From an uncultured Hormoscilla sp. (GTDB lineage Bacteria > Cyanobacteriota > Cyanobacteriia > Cyanobacteriales > Desertifilaceae): 64,000 nt of DNA. The notes under the pieces were generated by a model. The model worked only from the letters and a program-made list of their open reading frames with translations. It was not told the DNA's origin and ran no database searches. Numbering within the stretch: the stretch's first letter is position 1; each line of letters opens with the position of its first letter. Shown here one piece after another: positions 22,981-35,480 of the stretch. Position numbers and translations under genes: made by a program. The stretch lies in NCBI GenBank assembly GCA_963921275.4, contig OZ001293.3:6016001-6080000 (forward strand). Reading direction: 5' to 3'.

Positions 22981-23673
22981 ATGTCTAATATTCCCCTTCC
23001 AACACCGTCAAATTTAGAGGACCTGCCTCAGCATCCCATGCCGACAATGTATGATTTACCCAGCGAAGATCCAGAAGACCCAGGTTCCCCTGACAGCTTT
23101 CATCCCTTACAAGCAACACTGCTGCTGTTAACCTTTCAGCCGCCCAACTGGGATCCAGAAATGGTCTACAGTCAATTTCTTCTTTACATATATTACGATG
23201 TCAATCATCCTTTATGGTATAAACGTCCAGACTGGTTTGGAGTTGTAGGGGTGCCGCGACTGTATCAAGGGCGAGACATGCGTTTGAGCTATGTCATGTG
23301 GCAAGAAAAAATCAGCCCGTTAATAGTGGTGGAGTTATTATCCCCAGGAACGGAAGATGAGGACTTAGGTCTGACAACGATCGCACCAGGGAAACCTACT
23401 GTGTCACTTGACAAGCATGAGAAGATAGTATCTCATACTTGTCAAGTGACACAGCCCACAAAATGGCACGTGTACGAACAAATTATGCGGGTGCCTTACT
23501 ATGTTATCTATAATCGTTATACCGAGGAACTTCAGGTATTCCGGCTAGTGAAAAACCGCTACCAAATGACGGCACTGACTCAGGGACGCTTACTAATACC
23601 AGAAATTCAGTTAAGTCTAGGTTTGTGGCGAGGACGCTATCTGGTTACGACCAACTATGGTTGCGGTGGATGA
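22981..23673 (+). pseudogene. Uma2 family endonuclease paralog, frameshifted and truncated at the 3' end
   Basis: LPSEDPEDPG, KRPDWFGV, VELLSPGT; the frame breaks near 23645 relative to the paralog. Confidence 0.8.
23398..23454. mobile_element. 57-nt hairpin element inserted in frame
   Basis: 17-bp perfect IR CTGTGTCACTTGACAAG/CTTGTCAAGTGACACAG; absent from the paralog (AAACCA|CCCACAAAA). Confidence 0.7.
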
Positions 23674-23711
23674 CTGTAGAAGGAATTTTGATTGCCCCTG
23701 CAACTTTGTAA

Positions 23712-24800
23712 TTAAGCCGGCGCCGGAAGGTTGCCACGCTGCGCTATGACATTCGCCAGACATTTTTCATAAGCTTGGGCAGCTGCTTGTAGTTTACCCT
23801 GCCCGACCAAGTAACGTCCTTTTCTGAGATTGGGAGAGATAAATTTTCCTTGCAGGGCGTCGATTAATTCATCGGCAGTTTGAAAGTGATCGTCCGCCTG
23901 CATGCTCATTCCCGTTAAGATAATTTGCTCTATTTGCGGATGAATTGATGGTACTATTTGTCGTGGTGGGATGAGAGCATCTGACCCTATTCTCGCTATA
24001 TCTGGTGCATCGGGAAGAACTTGACCCGTTAGGGCATGGTACATTGAGGCACAGACAGCATAAAAATCTGTACTCGGGCTGCGTCGCGCTTGATAGGTAT
24101 ATTGTTCTAGGGGCGCGTATCCAGGTGTTAACATCATCGTCATCTGATTAGTCATGCCCTCGATAAACTCTCTCGCTGTCCCAAAATCAATGAAAATGGC
24201 TTTGTCTTGCTCGTTAATGATGATGTTCTTTGGTTTAATTTCTCTGTGGATTAAGTTATTAGCATGCACTACCTTCAGTGCTGCTGTAACTTGCAGGAAA
24301 TATTGCTTGACGCGCTCTTCCGGCAATGGTCCTGCTGATTTTAATATCTCCGTTAGCGGCTTTCCTTGGATAAATGCCATCATATATGCCGTATTATTTT
24401 CAGCAAACCAATCATACACTCTCACGATATGGGGATGGATGCACTTTTGTAAACATTCTGCCTCGGTCTTGAATTTGTTGATTTGCTCCTGTTGCGCTTG
24501 GGGAGTGACTGAGACTGGCCAAATAATGCTATTATCTTGCCTGAGAAATTTATCTGGACAAAGTTCTTTGATGGCCACTTCAGCTGATTTGACTGTATCA
24601 GTGCCCTAGTAAGTTATCCCAAAGCCTCCCTCACCGATGGTTCTGGAAATCCTATATCTACCTCCCTGAAGTAAGGTGCCAGCAGGTAGTTGGTATCCAT
24701 TGCCATTAGACTGCACGGAGGTTAAGGGACAACCACAAGCAGCGCAGGTGATAGCTGTATCGGCATTTTCGGCCAAGCAGACTGGACAATTAATCGGCAT
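23712..24800 (-). pseudogene. Zinc-ribbon Ser/Thr protein kinase with an in-frame TAG at 24606
   Basis: CPVC..CAAC, IGEGGFGITY*GTD..VAIKE, HREIKPKN, IDFG, GYAPLE; the two ORFs share a frame across one stop. Confidence 0.85.
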
Positions 24801-24849
24801 TTTTATAACTTCTCCAGTTTCATTGCGTAGGACTTGTCTCGCCTATCCG

Positions 24850-26619
24850 TCAGCAGTAATTTTTGACATCACATTTTAAGGCGAGAATAGTAGCGTTATC
24901 GTGGGCTCCTCGTGCCAGAACTCGCTCAATAGTTACCTCCACATTAGATTGCAAAGACTGAGGGGTGGTAAAAATCTCGACTAACTCATCTGCTGGTACT
25001 AAGTCCCACACGCCGTCCGAACAAAGTAGCAATATATCGCCATGCTTGAGAGAAATTGAGAAATCTGAATCGAACAGGCTTAAATTTTGGATCCAGTCGG
25101 CATTCAATCTGCGTTTGGAACCCAGGTACTTGGTGAGTACGTTGCGATTGAGATTACCCTGACTCTCTTCGTAAGTAATCTGGCCACTCGCTAGCAGCAT
25201 GGCGGCCAGGGAATGGTCTTCGCTTAACTGACAGATGCGATCGTTTCTTAACAAGAAGATGCGGCTGTCTCCCACATGGGCGATCGCCAACTGCAGCCCG
25301 ATCGCCCATACTATACTCAAGGTAGTGCCCCCGTTTTCCACGCGCTCGGCTACCACTTCGTTGGCCTTCTGCACCAGAGATGCTAGCCATTCAGCACGTT
25401 CCTCTATACTGTTAAAATCGGTAGGAACTGCTGCTGACATGACTGTTTCGACAGCTAACTTACTAGCTACCTCTCCTTGTTCCATGCCTCCCATGCCATC
25501 TGCGACCACTGCTAAAATCTCAGTATAAGACCGATCGCTTGTCTGTTGGCATACTCCCCGTACCCCATAGCTATCTTGATTAGAGAGTCGATGTAGTCCC
25601 GTGGTTGAATGTCCGGTCACATGCCACTGCACTTGCGGGTTACTCAGTAATTGCCTGGTTTCCACCAACAGACTCAATAATTGAGACAGAGGAAATCGCT
25701 GTTCGATCGTAGGAGAAAGGCAATTACTGAGAATTTGGTAGATACGAGGGATAGGTTTAATTTCCGGTTGCACCCCATCCCAGTTGGGCAGCTGGCGGTG
25801 AATCGATTGATACAGCAGGGCACCTACTACATAAGAGCACATCTTCTCGTGCATAGCATAACCATAGCTAATTTCCGGAGGGCCGTAGTCTCCGATGATA
25901 CCATAATCCAGTTGGAACCCGACGGGATAAGCCCCCGTCAAATCAAAAAATTGCACGGGTGTCCCCATCTGAACCAATTGGGGATATATTTGCACCAAAC
26001 ACCATTCTTGCTGATAAACATATCGCAACAGTTGGCAGACCTGGCTAGCTACTAATAAAGACTGTTCTAAGGGATGTTCCTGGGTTAACCATGCGGCTAA
26101 TGTCTGTTCTGCTGCGGGCAGATAACTCAGTAATATAATCTTGACAGCAGAAGCTTCACCCACTATCTCTTTAGGCTCGAAAAATTCTTCCTCTAAATAA
26201 TCAGAAGCTTCTGATTCATCTTCTGATTCTTGGGCTAAAATTTCCTCAAAGCTACCATTTGACTCTGGCTGGGCTAGCTGAGAAGATATAGTTACTAGGT
26301 TTTGGGTGCTGCAAGCTAGGATCTCTGATATGATTTTGTAATCACCCAGAGTCTGCCGCAACTCCATTTCCCGGCTGAGACTGCCCCCGACCGATCCTAC
26401 ACGCAGGAGTCCTAGTTGAGCTGCATCTGGTTCGGCCTCCTCCGGGTGGATGTATACTTGGAAGTAATGCACGTCCGCAGACTGTCCCAGATATGATTCC
26501 ACCTTTACTCGCCAGGTATCTATCCCGAAGCATACCTGCTCTTGAATGATTAAAACCTGCTGGACCTGTAGAACAGTCTCGCCTGTTGTCTCGCCTGTTG
26601 ATGATGTAGTTAATGTCAT
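24850..26619 (-). CDS. Degenerate kinase-like domain fused to a PP2C phosphatase
   Basis: NQD, VADGMGG, GTT, HVGDSR, LCSDGVWD, DNAT. Confidence 0.85.
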   Translation of the reverse strand: MTLTTSSTGETTGETVLQVQQVLIIQEQVCFGIDTWRVKVESYLGQSADVHYFQVYIHPEEAEPDAAQLGLLRVGSVGGSLSREMELRQTLGDYKIISEILACSTQNLVTISSQLAQPESNGSFEEILAQESEDESEASDYLEEEFFEPKEIVGEASAVKIILLSYLPAAEQTLAAWLTQEHPLEQSLLVASQVCQLLRYVYQQEWCLVQIYPQLVQMGTPVQFFDLTGAYPVGFQLDYGIIGDYGPPEISYGYAMHEKMCSYVVGALLYQSIHRQLPNWDGVQPEIKPIPRIYQILSNCLSPTIEQRFPLSQLLSLLVETRQLLSNPQVQWHVTGHSTTGLHRLSNQDSYGVRGVCQQTSDRSYTEILAVVADGMGGMEQGEVASKLAVETVMSAAVPTDFNSIEERAEWLASLVQKANEVVAERVENGGTTLSIVWAIGLQLAIAHVGDSRIFLLRNDRICQLSEDHSLAAMLLASGQITYEESQGNLNRNVLTKYLGSKRRLNADWIQNLSLFDSDFSISLKHGDILLLCSDGVWDLVPADELVEIFTTPQSLQSNVEVTIERVLARGAHDNATILALKCDVKNYC

Positions 26620-26635
26620 GACTTCCTGTTATTTT

Positions 26636-27265
26636 TTACGGGATTTGAAACAATAAGTGCACTTTACCTATGGCAATTTCATCTCCGGGATTTAATGTTG
26701 ACGGCATGGTAATTCTCGGGTCAAAGCGAGTCTGAACAGCAGGTTTAATGAAAATTCCATTGATAGAACCAGTGTCTTTGATCTGCCATTGTCTTCCCTC
26801 TAGGTAAATTTCTCCGTGGTTGCGGGAAACGGTTTCATCTCCATGAAATCCCTCTAAGTCTACCTCCACTGGACCGGTATCTGGATCGAACAGTCCGATA
26901 ATTGCACTGCTGCTATCTAATATAATCTCTGGGACGGGAGAACCCGCTTGTTTGGGAATTAGTCTGGCAGTTGTCCCTGAAGAAATGACAGTCGGGGGAA
27001 CATTATACGATACATTTGTCTGTGCTGGATAGGTGGGTGCTGGACTTAACTGCACAGTTGTCGGTGCTGGATAGACGGGTGGTGGACTTGGCGGATATAT
27101 TTATCGTATTCCCTGCATCGGGTTCTGGTTCGTCAGGGGGAGGATTGTCCGGATATATTATGTTTGCTTGTGAGTTTACTTGTGATAATTCATGGCCACA
27201 AGCTTCGCAAAATTGGGCTCCCTCTGGTTGCGATCGTAGTTACATGCTGGACAGGTAATACTCAT
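26636..27265 (-). pseudogene. Zinc-ribbon + FHA domain protein with frameshifted N-terminus
   Basis: ATG 27265 MSITCPAC..FCEACG across frames; FHA motifs VSRNHG, DTGSINGIF, LNPGDEIAIG. Confidence 0.78.
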
Positions 27266-27393
27266 GTCAATTCATCCTTAGCGACATCTGTTTGTTGTTG
27301 CGCTTTAGCGCCAACCGTTTGTTGTCATAATACTGTAGGTTTGGTTAAGCGGCCGTGTCAAGTAACACGACTGTTGGGTTTCGTTTCTCAACT

Positions 27394-27497
27394 GACAGGC
27401 GATCCGCCCGGACTACGTTTTTCTCGGACAGGCGATCCGCCCGGACTGCATTTTTCTCAGACAGGCGATCCGCCCGGACTGCGTTTTTCCCGGACAG
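27394..27497. repeat. 33-bp tandem repeat x3
   Basis: GACAGGCGATCCGCCCGGACTRCRTTTTTCYC at 27394, 27427 and 27460, no spacers. Confidence 0.85.
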
Positions 27498-27508
27498 AGA
27501 GACAAGTC

Positions 27509-28289
27509 CTACGTTCCTGATGCTTTACGAATTTCCTCTTCCTCCAGTTCATTATTAATATCACTTTCCATTTTAACTGTTTTGCCTTTAGATCCCATTT
27601 TTATCGTTTTGCGCATCTCGGCGGAAATTTTTCGCGTGCGCCGCAACTCGTCTTTTGCTACTGTCAGTGAGGAGGCGATCCCCTCATTGCCTATTTGTTT
27701 AGTTATGCGTTGGGCTGTTTCGAGCAGTTCTGCGGCCCGCTGGGGATTTTGTTCTGCCATGCGGGTAGCATTATTAATCATCTGCACGATATTGCACTGC
27801 TGCATGTAGCCCATCACTTCCCGATCGACTTTGCTAGTCAAGTTTTCTCCTGGCATAAATTGTACCATAAGATTTGACGGTGGCAGTTCGCCCCGTTGAT
27901 TTTCGCCGGGGATATCATAGGTCAAGCCTAACTGAGCTATGCGCCGAGGCGGCACGAGGCGCTATGGTAAACTCCAGGATGAATACTGTATCATCATTAG
28001 CGGCGGCGTTACCGATTGGGAATGGTTCTGTTTCTAATGAAAATTCTGCCTGTTTGGGATAGGCCCGCATCACCCGAGTCAGTCTCACCCCTTTGACGGT
28101 TTTTACTGTTAAGGAGAGGTTGGCGATCGCTTCTTGTTGAGCTTGCAATAATTCTGCTAGAATCTGGTCGGGCAGGATTGCAATAGCAGCACCGCATGCT
28201 TTTCCCGTAACCACATGTAAGGGGCGTCCCCCCGTAGCGTCGCTGAGATCGTTCAGCAGGTCTTCGTTAAAGTCTCCCACTCCTAGCAT
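27509..28289 (-). pseudogene. vWA-domain protein, C-terminal part only, frameshifted near 27940
   Basis: LGVGDFNEDLLNDLSDATGGR, then RIAQLGLTYDIPG...RKTIKMGSKGKTVKM; N-terminal MIDAS region absent. Confidence 0.72.
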
Positions 28290-28291
28290 CC

Positions 28292-29510
<1,219 letters not shown>

Positions 29511-29524
29511 AGATTTACCTCTTG

Positions 29525-29998
29525 TTACTCAATTTCCGTGACTTGTTTCAGGAAGTTTTCCACATCCTGAGTTAAACTGGGACCGAGGAGACGGGCTTTA
29601 TCCAAATTCATTGCCAACTGATCGTAATCTATATTTACTCCATAAGCATGACGAAAGAAATGTCGGAAACCCCGCATGTTATTCAGATTTAGATAACTTG
29701 ACTCTGATAATAACCGGGGGCGAATGCCCGGAATATCTTGAGTCATTCGTTGTAACAAGGCACTGTGCCAGCGGGCGGTATCGGTAATTTGATTTTCAAA
29801 ATGAGCCGCCACTATTTTCAACAAGTCTTCTACAGCATTGTAAAGATTGTGAATTTGATAGGCGACGCTCTCCATTATCGCCGGTTCATCTAGAGTTAGC
29901 CCGATCGCACGTTCCTCTAGTTTAGCAAAGATCTTGTCGATCAGATCCATTTGTCCTTGGATATCAGTCTGGAGAACCGTCAGGGCATTTTTGTCCAT
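29525..29998 (-). CDS. HEPN-domain (HepT-like) toxin
   Basis: HNLYNAVE, WHSALL, RGFRHFFRHAY (RX4H). Confidence 0.85.
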   Translation of the reverse strand: MDKNALTVLQTDIQGQMDLIDKIFAKLEERAIGLTLDEPAIMESVAYQIHNLYNAVEDLLKIVAAHFENQITDTARWHSALLQRMTQDIPGIRPRLLSESSYLNLNNMRGFRHFFRHAYGVNIDYDQLAMNLDKARLLGPSLTQDVENFLKQVTEIE

Positions 29999-30330
29999 AA
30001 TCTTCCTGTTTCGCGGATGCGGTGGGCAAAATGACATTGGTCTAGCTTAATTAAGTCTACCTCTCTGCCTAGGGCTGTTACTAGCAGACTAATCACGGTA
30101 AAAAAATTCTCTGGATCTATCTGTTCGACGGCTATGTCTACATCGGATGTTTCTGTAAAGCGATCGGGTCTGGTGAGGGAGCCAAAGATATAGGCCCGGC
30201 AAATGCCATACTGACTGCCATAGTCATCTAACCACTGTTTGACCTGGGCCAACAATGTTTGCCGTTCCTGTTCTAGTCGATCGCGCCTCGCTGCTCTAAT
30301 TTCATCCAGCAGATAACTGTTAAATGGCAT
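29980..30330 (-). CDS. Minimal nucleotidyltransferase (MNT) antitoxin
   Basis: YIFGS...SDVDIAV...VDL; overlaps the HEPN gene. Confidence 0.87.
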   Translation of the reverse strand: MPFNSYLLDEIRAARRDRLEQERQTLLAQVKQWLDDYGSQYGICRAYIFGSLTRPDRFTETSDVDIAVEQIDPENFFTVISLLVTALGREVDLIKLDQCHFAHRIRETGRLWTKMP

Positions 30331-30440
30331 ATTGATTATTCCCTGACTCTGTTCTGAATGATAGCACGGCGATCATTATCCTGGTAGGGGCGATCGCCCC
30401 ACACTGGACTCCGAGCGGCCATAAACCTGGTTTCTCAGAA

Positions 30441-30872
30441 TTACTGTCTGGTCCAGTCTTCCAAAAGCAGACCGGGCACTCGTTGAAAATCTCGCCAATT
30501 GCGAGTTACTAGTATACCATCTACGGAAAGCGCGATCGCCGCTATCCGTAGGTCTTGCGTGCCAATGCGTATTTTTTGACGGCTCAATTCAGCATAACGA
30601 GCGGAAGCTGCCCGATCGAAGTCAAGCAACTTCCTGGTTCTGTAAAAGTCTACCGTTTTCCGCAGGTTGCCGTAAGTGAATAATATTTGCTCAGACTTGC
30701 CAGACTGGGAAGCTTGTCTGATACTATTGAGTCGTCCGCGCATTTGCTCTTCTACTGTAATCACAGTGATAGCAATTTCTGAGGGATTAATCCTATTTAA
30801 CTGTTCTGTCAACAATGGTTCTTCCCGTTGGAGCAGCGAGACATGATCCGTATCGAGTATCCAGAGACTCAT
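30441..30872 (-). CDS. VapC/PIN-domain toxin
   Basis: WILDTDHVS, ITVEE, GTQDLRIAAIAL, LVTRN.RDF. Confidence 0.9.
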   Translation of the reverse strand: MSLWILDTDHVSLLQREEPLLTEQLNRINPSEIAITVITVEEQMRGRLNSIRQASQSGKSEQILFTYGNLRKTVDFYRTRKLLDFDRAASARYAELSRQKIRIGTQDLRIAAIALSVDGILVTRNWRDFQRVPGLLLEDWTRQ

Positions 30873-31408
30873 ATCGCCTCATTCTCCCCATCTAAACTGT
30901 CGTAATATGCTGCCATTTCTGCATCCAATTCGCGTCTGTATGCTTCTATATATTCCAGCATCTCATCGAATAGCGGATCGTCTTTGAAAATCCCTGCATC
31001 CTGTATCCAGTAGTTATCTGGGTTTTCTTTCTTCATTTTTTCCAATTCCTCCTCACTCAGAGGTTTCACCGGTGCAGTCGGATCTTTTAAGTAATCCTTT
31101 TTTACCTCAACCACTCTTTTGATTAAGTCTAAATCATCCTGCTGAATATCCACAAATTTCAGTGATTTTTCGATCTGTTGTTCGGGGAAATTTTCGTACA
31201 ATTGGGCTATGGCTGTAAACACAACCGACCAAGTCAACCTCTCCAGATTCCGAAATGACAGAATTACCCTTTGACCTTGATTGAAAGCAGCGGCGATCTG
31301 GTCGTAAATCTTTTGACCGTGATGCCATGCTAGCGAATCGTTAGTGGGGACAATCCTCTCACAGAAGATTTCGATCTTCTCACTTGTGTGACTTTTGAGT
31401 TCCAACAT
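30869..31408 (-). CDS. Putative antitoxin with an N-terminal STAS-like (DUF4325-like) domain, copy 1
   Basis: GQKIYDQI...VILSF..L.......AIAQLY; C-terminal AGIFKDDPLFDEML; ATGA overlap with the PIN gene. Confidence 0.7.
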   Translation of the reverse strand: MLELKSHTSEKIEIFCERIVPTNDSLAWHHGQKIYDQIAAAFNQGQRVILSFRNLERLTWSVVFTAIAQLYENFPEQQIEKSLKFVDIQQDDLDLIKRVVEVKKDYLKDPTAPVKPLSEEELEKMKKENPDNYWIQDAGIFKDDPLFDEMLEYIEAYRRELDAEMAAYYDSLDGENEAI

Positions 31409-31570
31409 AGTTAATGCTCCTCTGAAAATGACTACATTAATATTATAGCAAGCCTATTTGATTTGTGCGCTAAAAGATGCCCATCAACCCTATTTCGGCG
31501 TTCCCGCATCTGAATGATAGCACGACGATCGTTCGCCTGGTAGGGGCGAACGATGTCTGCATTCGCCGCA

Positions 31571-31993
31571 TTACTGTCTGGTCCAGTCTTCCAAAAGCAG
31601 ACCGGGGACTCGTTCAAAATCGCGCCAATTGCGAGTTACTAGTATACCATCTACGGAAAGCGCGATCGCCGTAAGTCTCGCGTGCCAAGGCGTATTTTTT
31701 GACAGATTAATTCAGTATAACGAGTGGAAGCTGCCCGCTCGAAGTCAAGCAGCTTCCTGCTTCTGTAAAAGTCTACTGTTTTCCGCAGGTTGGCGTAAGC
31801 GAATATTATTTGCTCAGACTTGCCAGACTGGGAAGCTTGTCTGATATTATTGAGTCGTCCGCGCATTTGCTCTTCTACTGTAATCACAGTGATAGCAATT
31901 TCTGAGGGATTAATCCTATTTAATTGTTCTATCACAAATGGTTCTTTCCGTTGGATTAGCGAGACATAATCTGTGGAGGATCCAAAGCCTCAT
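31571..31993 (-). pseudogene. VapC/PIN toxin, decayed duplicate
   Basis: Near-identical DNA to 30441..30872 with several indels. Confidence 0.85.
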
Positions 31994-32529
31994 ATCGCCT
32001 CATTCTCCTCATCTAAACTATCGTAATATGCTGCCATTTCTGCATCCAATTTGCGATTGTATGCTTCTATATATGCCAGCATATCATCGAATTGCGGATC
32101 GTCTTTGAACATCCCTGCATCCTGTATCCAGGGGTTATCCGGGTTTTCTTTCTTCATTTTTTCTATTTCCTCCTCACTCAGGGTTTTGACCGGTGCTGTC
32201 GGATATTTTAAGTAATCCTTTTTCACCTCAACCACTCTTTTAATTAAGTCTAAATCATCCTGCCGAATATCCACAAATTTCAGTGATTTTTCGATCTGTT
32301 CTTCAGGGAAATTTTCGTACAATTGGGCTATGGCGGTAAACACAACCGACCAAGTCAGCCTCTCCAGATTCGGAAATGACAGAATTACCCTCTGATCTTG
32401 ATTGAAAGCAGCGGCGATCTGGTCGTAAATCTTTTGACCGTCATGACCTGCTAGCGAATCATTAGTGGGGACAATTCTCTCACAGAATATTTCGATCTTC
32501 TCACTTGTGTGACTTTTGAGTTCTAACAT
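31990..32529 (-). CDS. Putative STAS-like antitoxin, copy 2
   Basis: 179 aa, highly similar to 30869..31408. Confidence 0.7.
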   Translation of the reverse strand: MLELKSHTSEKIEIFCERIVPTNDSLAGHDGQKIYDQIAAAFNQDQRVILSFPNLERLTWSVVFTAIAQLYENFPEEQIEKSLKFVDIRQDDLDLIKRVVEVKKDYLKYPTAPVKTLSEEEIEKMKKENPDNPWIQDAGMFKDDPQFDDMLAYIEAYNRKLDAEMAAYYDSLDEENEAI

Positions 32530-33007
32530 AGTTAAGGAGCCTCTGAAAATGACTACGTTAATATTATAGCAATAAATTATCAGATGTCAACTACGCCCCC
32601 TCAGAAACCAGGTTGGTCAGCGATTTTAGCCTCTTTCCGTGGCGGCTCCAGAAAACCCAGGGGTTTGAACCCCTGGCGGGCGATCGGGCGATCGGACTAC
32701 GGGGAGGGTGGGGTGGGGAGGGGAGGGTTTCGCCAGTATACTGCGAATGGTCAGGAACTGCGTTTTTTTGGGCAGTAAAAAATGTCATTGCGAGGGGGGG
32801 TAATTGAGAGATACTTGTGCTTTCACCAGATACTCCCCCCCCGAAGCAATCTCCAGCGCTAGGGAACGGAGATTGCTTCGGGGGACTCGGGCGTGGAGTT
32901 TCGATAATCTCGGTAAATGCCCCCTCGCAATGACACCATTGACACATTCAATCCGGCAAAAAGCGCAAGTCGATCCCTTTGAAAGTATCGCCCAGAAACC
33001 TGGTTTC

Positions 33008-34422
33008 TTAAATTGTTGCAGATTGAGTTCCCGTTTTAACTTTAAGGGTCAAGCCACCGATATTAATTTTTTGGTCATCGCTCAAATTTTGCTGCTGTTG
33101 AGTCATCACGTTATCTAAAATAATCTCCCCTGCTTGCATGTAAATCTTCACAGCTATCGGGGGGAAACCTTGGTCTTTGCGCAGATAAATATGCGCGTCC
33201 AATGAACTACCCAATAATACTAGCTTTTCTCCTAGGGAAATGATAGTCTGTTCTTTGGGAGTCCAATTTACCACTAGCCAAGCAGACCGGGTGAATTTCT
33301 CTATGAGGGCGATCGTCAAACCGATGCAGAAACCCAGAATAGCAGCACTGACGAGTCGTCCGACTACATCGCTGAAAATACTGGCTGCTAAGAGGAACCC
33401 CAGGGCCCCAACTGCGCCGCCGCCGCTGCCAGCTAGTAATGCCCGGCGCTTGTCTAAATTGGGTACGAACCAAGCCATTCCCCGACCTAAGAAGCCTCCC
33501 GAAATTGTCCAGGCGATCGTCCGACTGACTGCGGACCAGCCCCAACCGCTAGTTGCTACTAACCCGAAGAGTAACTGACCTGCCGCTCCTGCTATTATAC
33601 CTGCTATCAGGCTGCCGCTAGCCCCTTTAATTGCTTCGGGAAGGGTGAGTAAGCGTCGGCGCAGGTAGTAGTTCTGACCGATTATCAGGGCTAATGATGT
33701 CCCCAATGCTAAAAATGCTGTCCAACTGCCAATCCGCAGGATAGCATAAATTAAAGGATAATTCCCTGTTGGTCCTGTCTCCAAGATTTGTCTGCCATAG
33801 ATGACTTTCTCCGCGTCTCGGAATGCCCGATCGAATTCACCTGACTGGGCGTAGAATACCAGTTCTGGGTCTCTCCAGTCAGTTGAGTTAGGTAATTAGT
33901 ATCGGCGTCCCCAGTCCCTACGGCTATGATATTTATCCCCTCAGTTTTAGCAGATTGGGCTGCTGCTAGGGTTAAGCCTTTGGAATTAGGTAGTCCGTCC
34001 GTGAATAGCAGGATGTTGCGACTTAGTGATGTCTTTTGCAGTTCGGTCACGGCGGCATTAATTCCCTGGGCCATCTGCGTGCCTCCCCCATCCCCTAAGG
34101 ATGCGATCGCCCTCTGAATGCTATTTCTATCTGATGTCAAGTTGGCCGCCACCCGCACCTTGCTGCCAAACCCGATCGCCGCAAACCTATCCTCCGACAG
34201 TTCTTGACGCCGTACAAACTCTGTAGCTGCTGCTTTTACTTCTGTTAATTTCTGGCCATCCATGCTACCCGAAGCGTCTATTAATAGGACGATCGCCTGG
34301 GGGATGCGATCGATCGTCGGAGGCAGTTCGGTTAATGCCAGTAGCAGTTCTCCGCATAGCCAAGCTGCGAGCAGACATCCCATTGCTCCGTACAATCCAA
34401 ACTGCAGCGGTTTTCCTGCCAC
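33008..34422 (-). pseudogene. vWA-domain multi-pass membrane protein, frameshifted near 33870
   Basis: MIDAS LIDASGSM, GGT, FTDG; Gly-rich TM segments in the overlapping ORF 33008..33784. Confidence 0.75.
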
Positions 34423-34478
34423 TCAATCTTCTCAAAATTATCTTTATCTTATTGTCTCCTCTTTACTAGATTCCATAT

Positions 34479-35120
34479 CTATTTTTTATCTTCCAACTGA
34501 GACGCTAGATCCTGAAGATAGTTTTCTAATCTTATCTTGCTAGCATCCTCGAAGTTGTTAAGTTCTCTGTCTGTTACTCTATTGCCAGTGCAACGCTTTC
34601 CGCCTTTGCTGAAAGGGACGATCGCGATTTTTGTTTCCCCGCCCCGTCTTGCCAAATCTCGATTAAACTCTTCGATCGCCTGCAGCGCCCCGGATAGTTT
34701 GGTCGTACCACTGTTATCCGATCGCTTCATGCTGCCGCTAAAATCTAGGAGAACGATTATCCATGCTGGAGGAGGTTCTGCTTCTTTGGGATTTTTCCAG
34801 TCTAGAATATCCGCGCGATCGAGGGTTTGACAGGCATTGTTATTAGATTCGCCTTGGGATTGACAAATCTTCAAAGTAAAATCCTGCTCTTCCAGACCCA
34901 CCACTGGTCTATTATTAGCATCTTTCACCTTGACCCGCACGGTCACCCGTCCCCGGTCTTTATCCACCCTCGGGGTACCGATAATTTCCGCCGTTTTCAC
35001 CTCCTGATTCCAACTGGGACCAATGAAACTACTCACCAGTAACAGGGATAAACTAAGCCTCCGGATCCAAGAAGCGATTGTAATAGACGAATCTGAACAG
35101 TTTCTTACCATTATAACCAC
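34479..35120 (-). pseudogene. Secreted vWA-domain protein, truncated
   Basis: Signal-like N-terminus, V.VKD..NRPV.GL...DF, LLDFSGSM; ends before the TDG motif. Confidence 0.65.
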
Positions 35121-35480
35121 CTTGGTCCACGTGAAATGCTATAATATCGTTATGCTTTAACTCAATTTTTCTTTTTGTCCATCTACTTATATTAGACCTC
35201 TTGCATTTATGCCAAAATGGATCCAAAATGGGGGCTGAAAGTATTGCTATTGCGTAGCCAACATTTACTTTTGCAAGACGTCTATTATAACATTAGGTAG
35301 CTTAAAGGCTATTATGCCAAAACGACAATATTTCCTGGATGGGAGGCAGAGCCTCAATCTTCCGTTCCCTGCCTGAGTCAGGGAACGAGAGCTGTAACTA
35401 CCGGTTGCGTCTGGTGGGCGGTGCCCTACAAAATCAATTTTCCATTCACAATTTTCCATTAACCATTCACCATTCTCCAT

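Noticed and set aside
27394..27497. 33-bp repeats as a CRISPR array
   Set aside because: Units are head-to-tail with no unique spacers, and no cas genes are present
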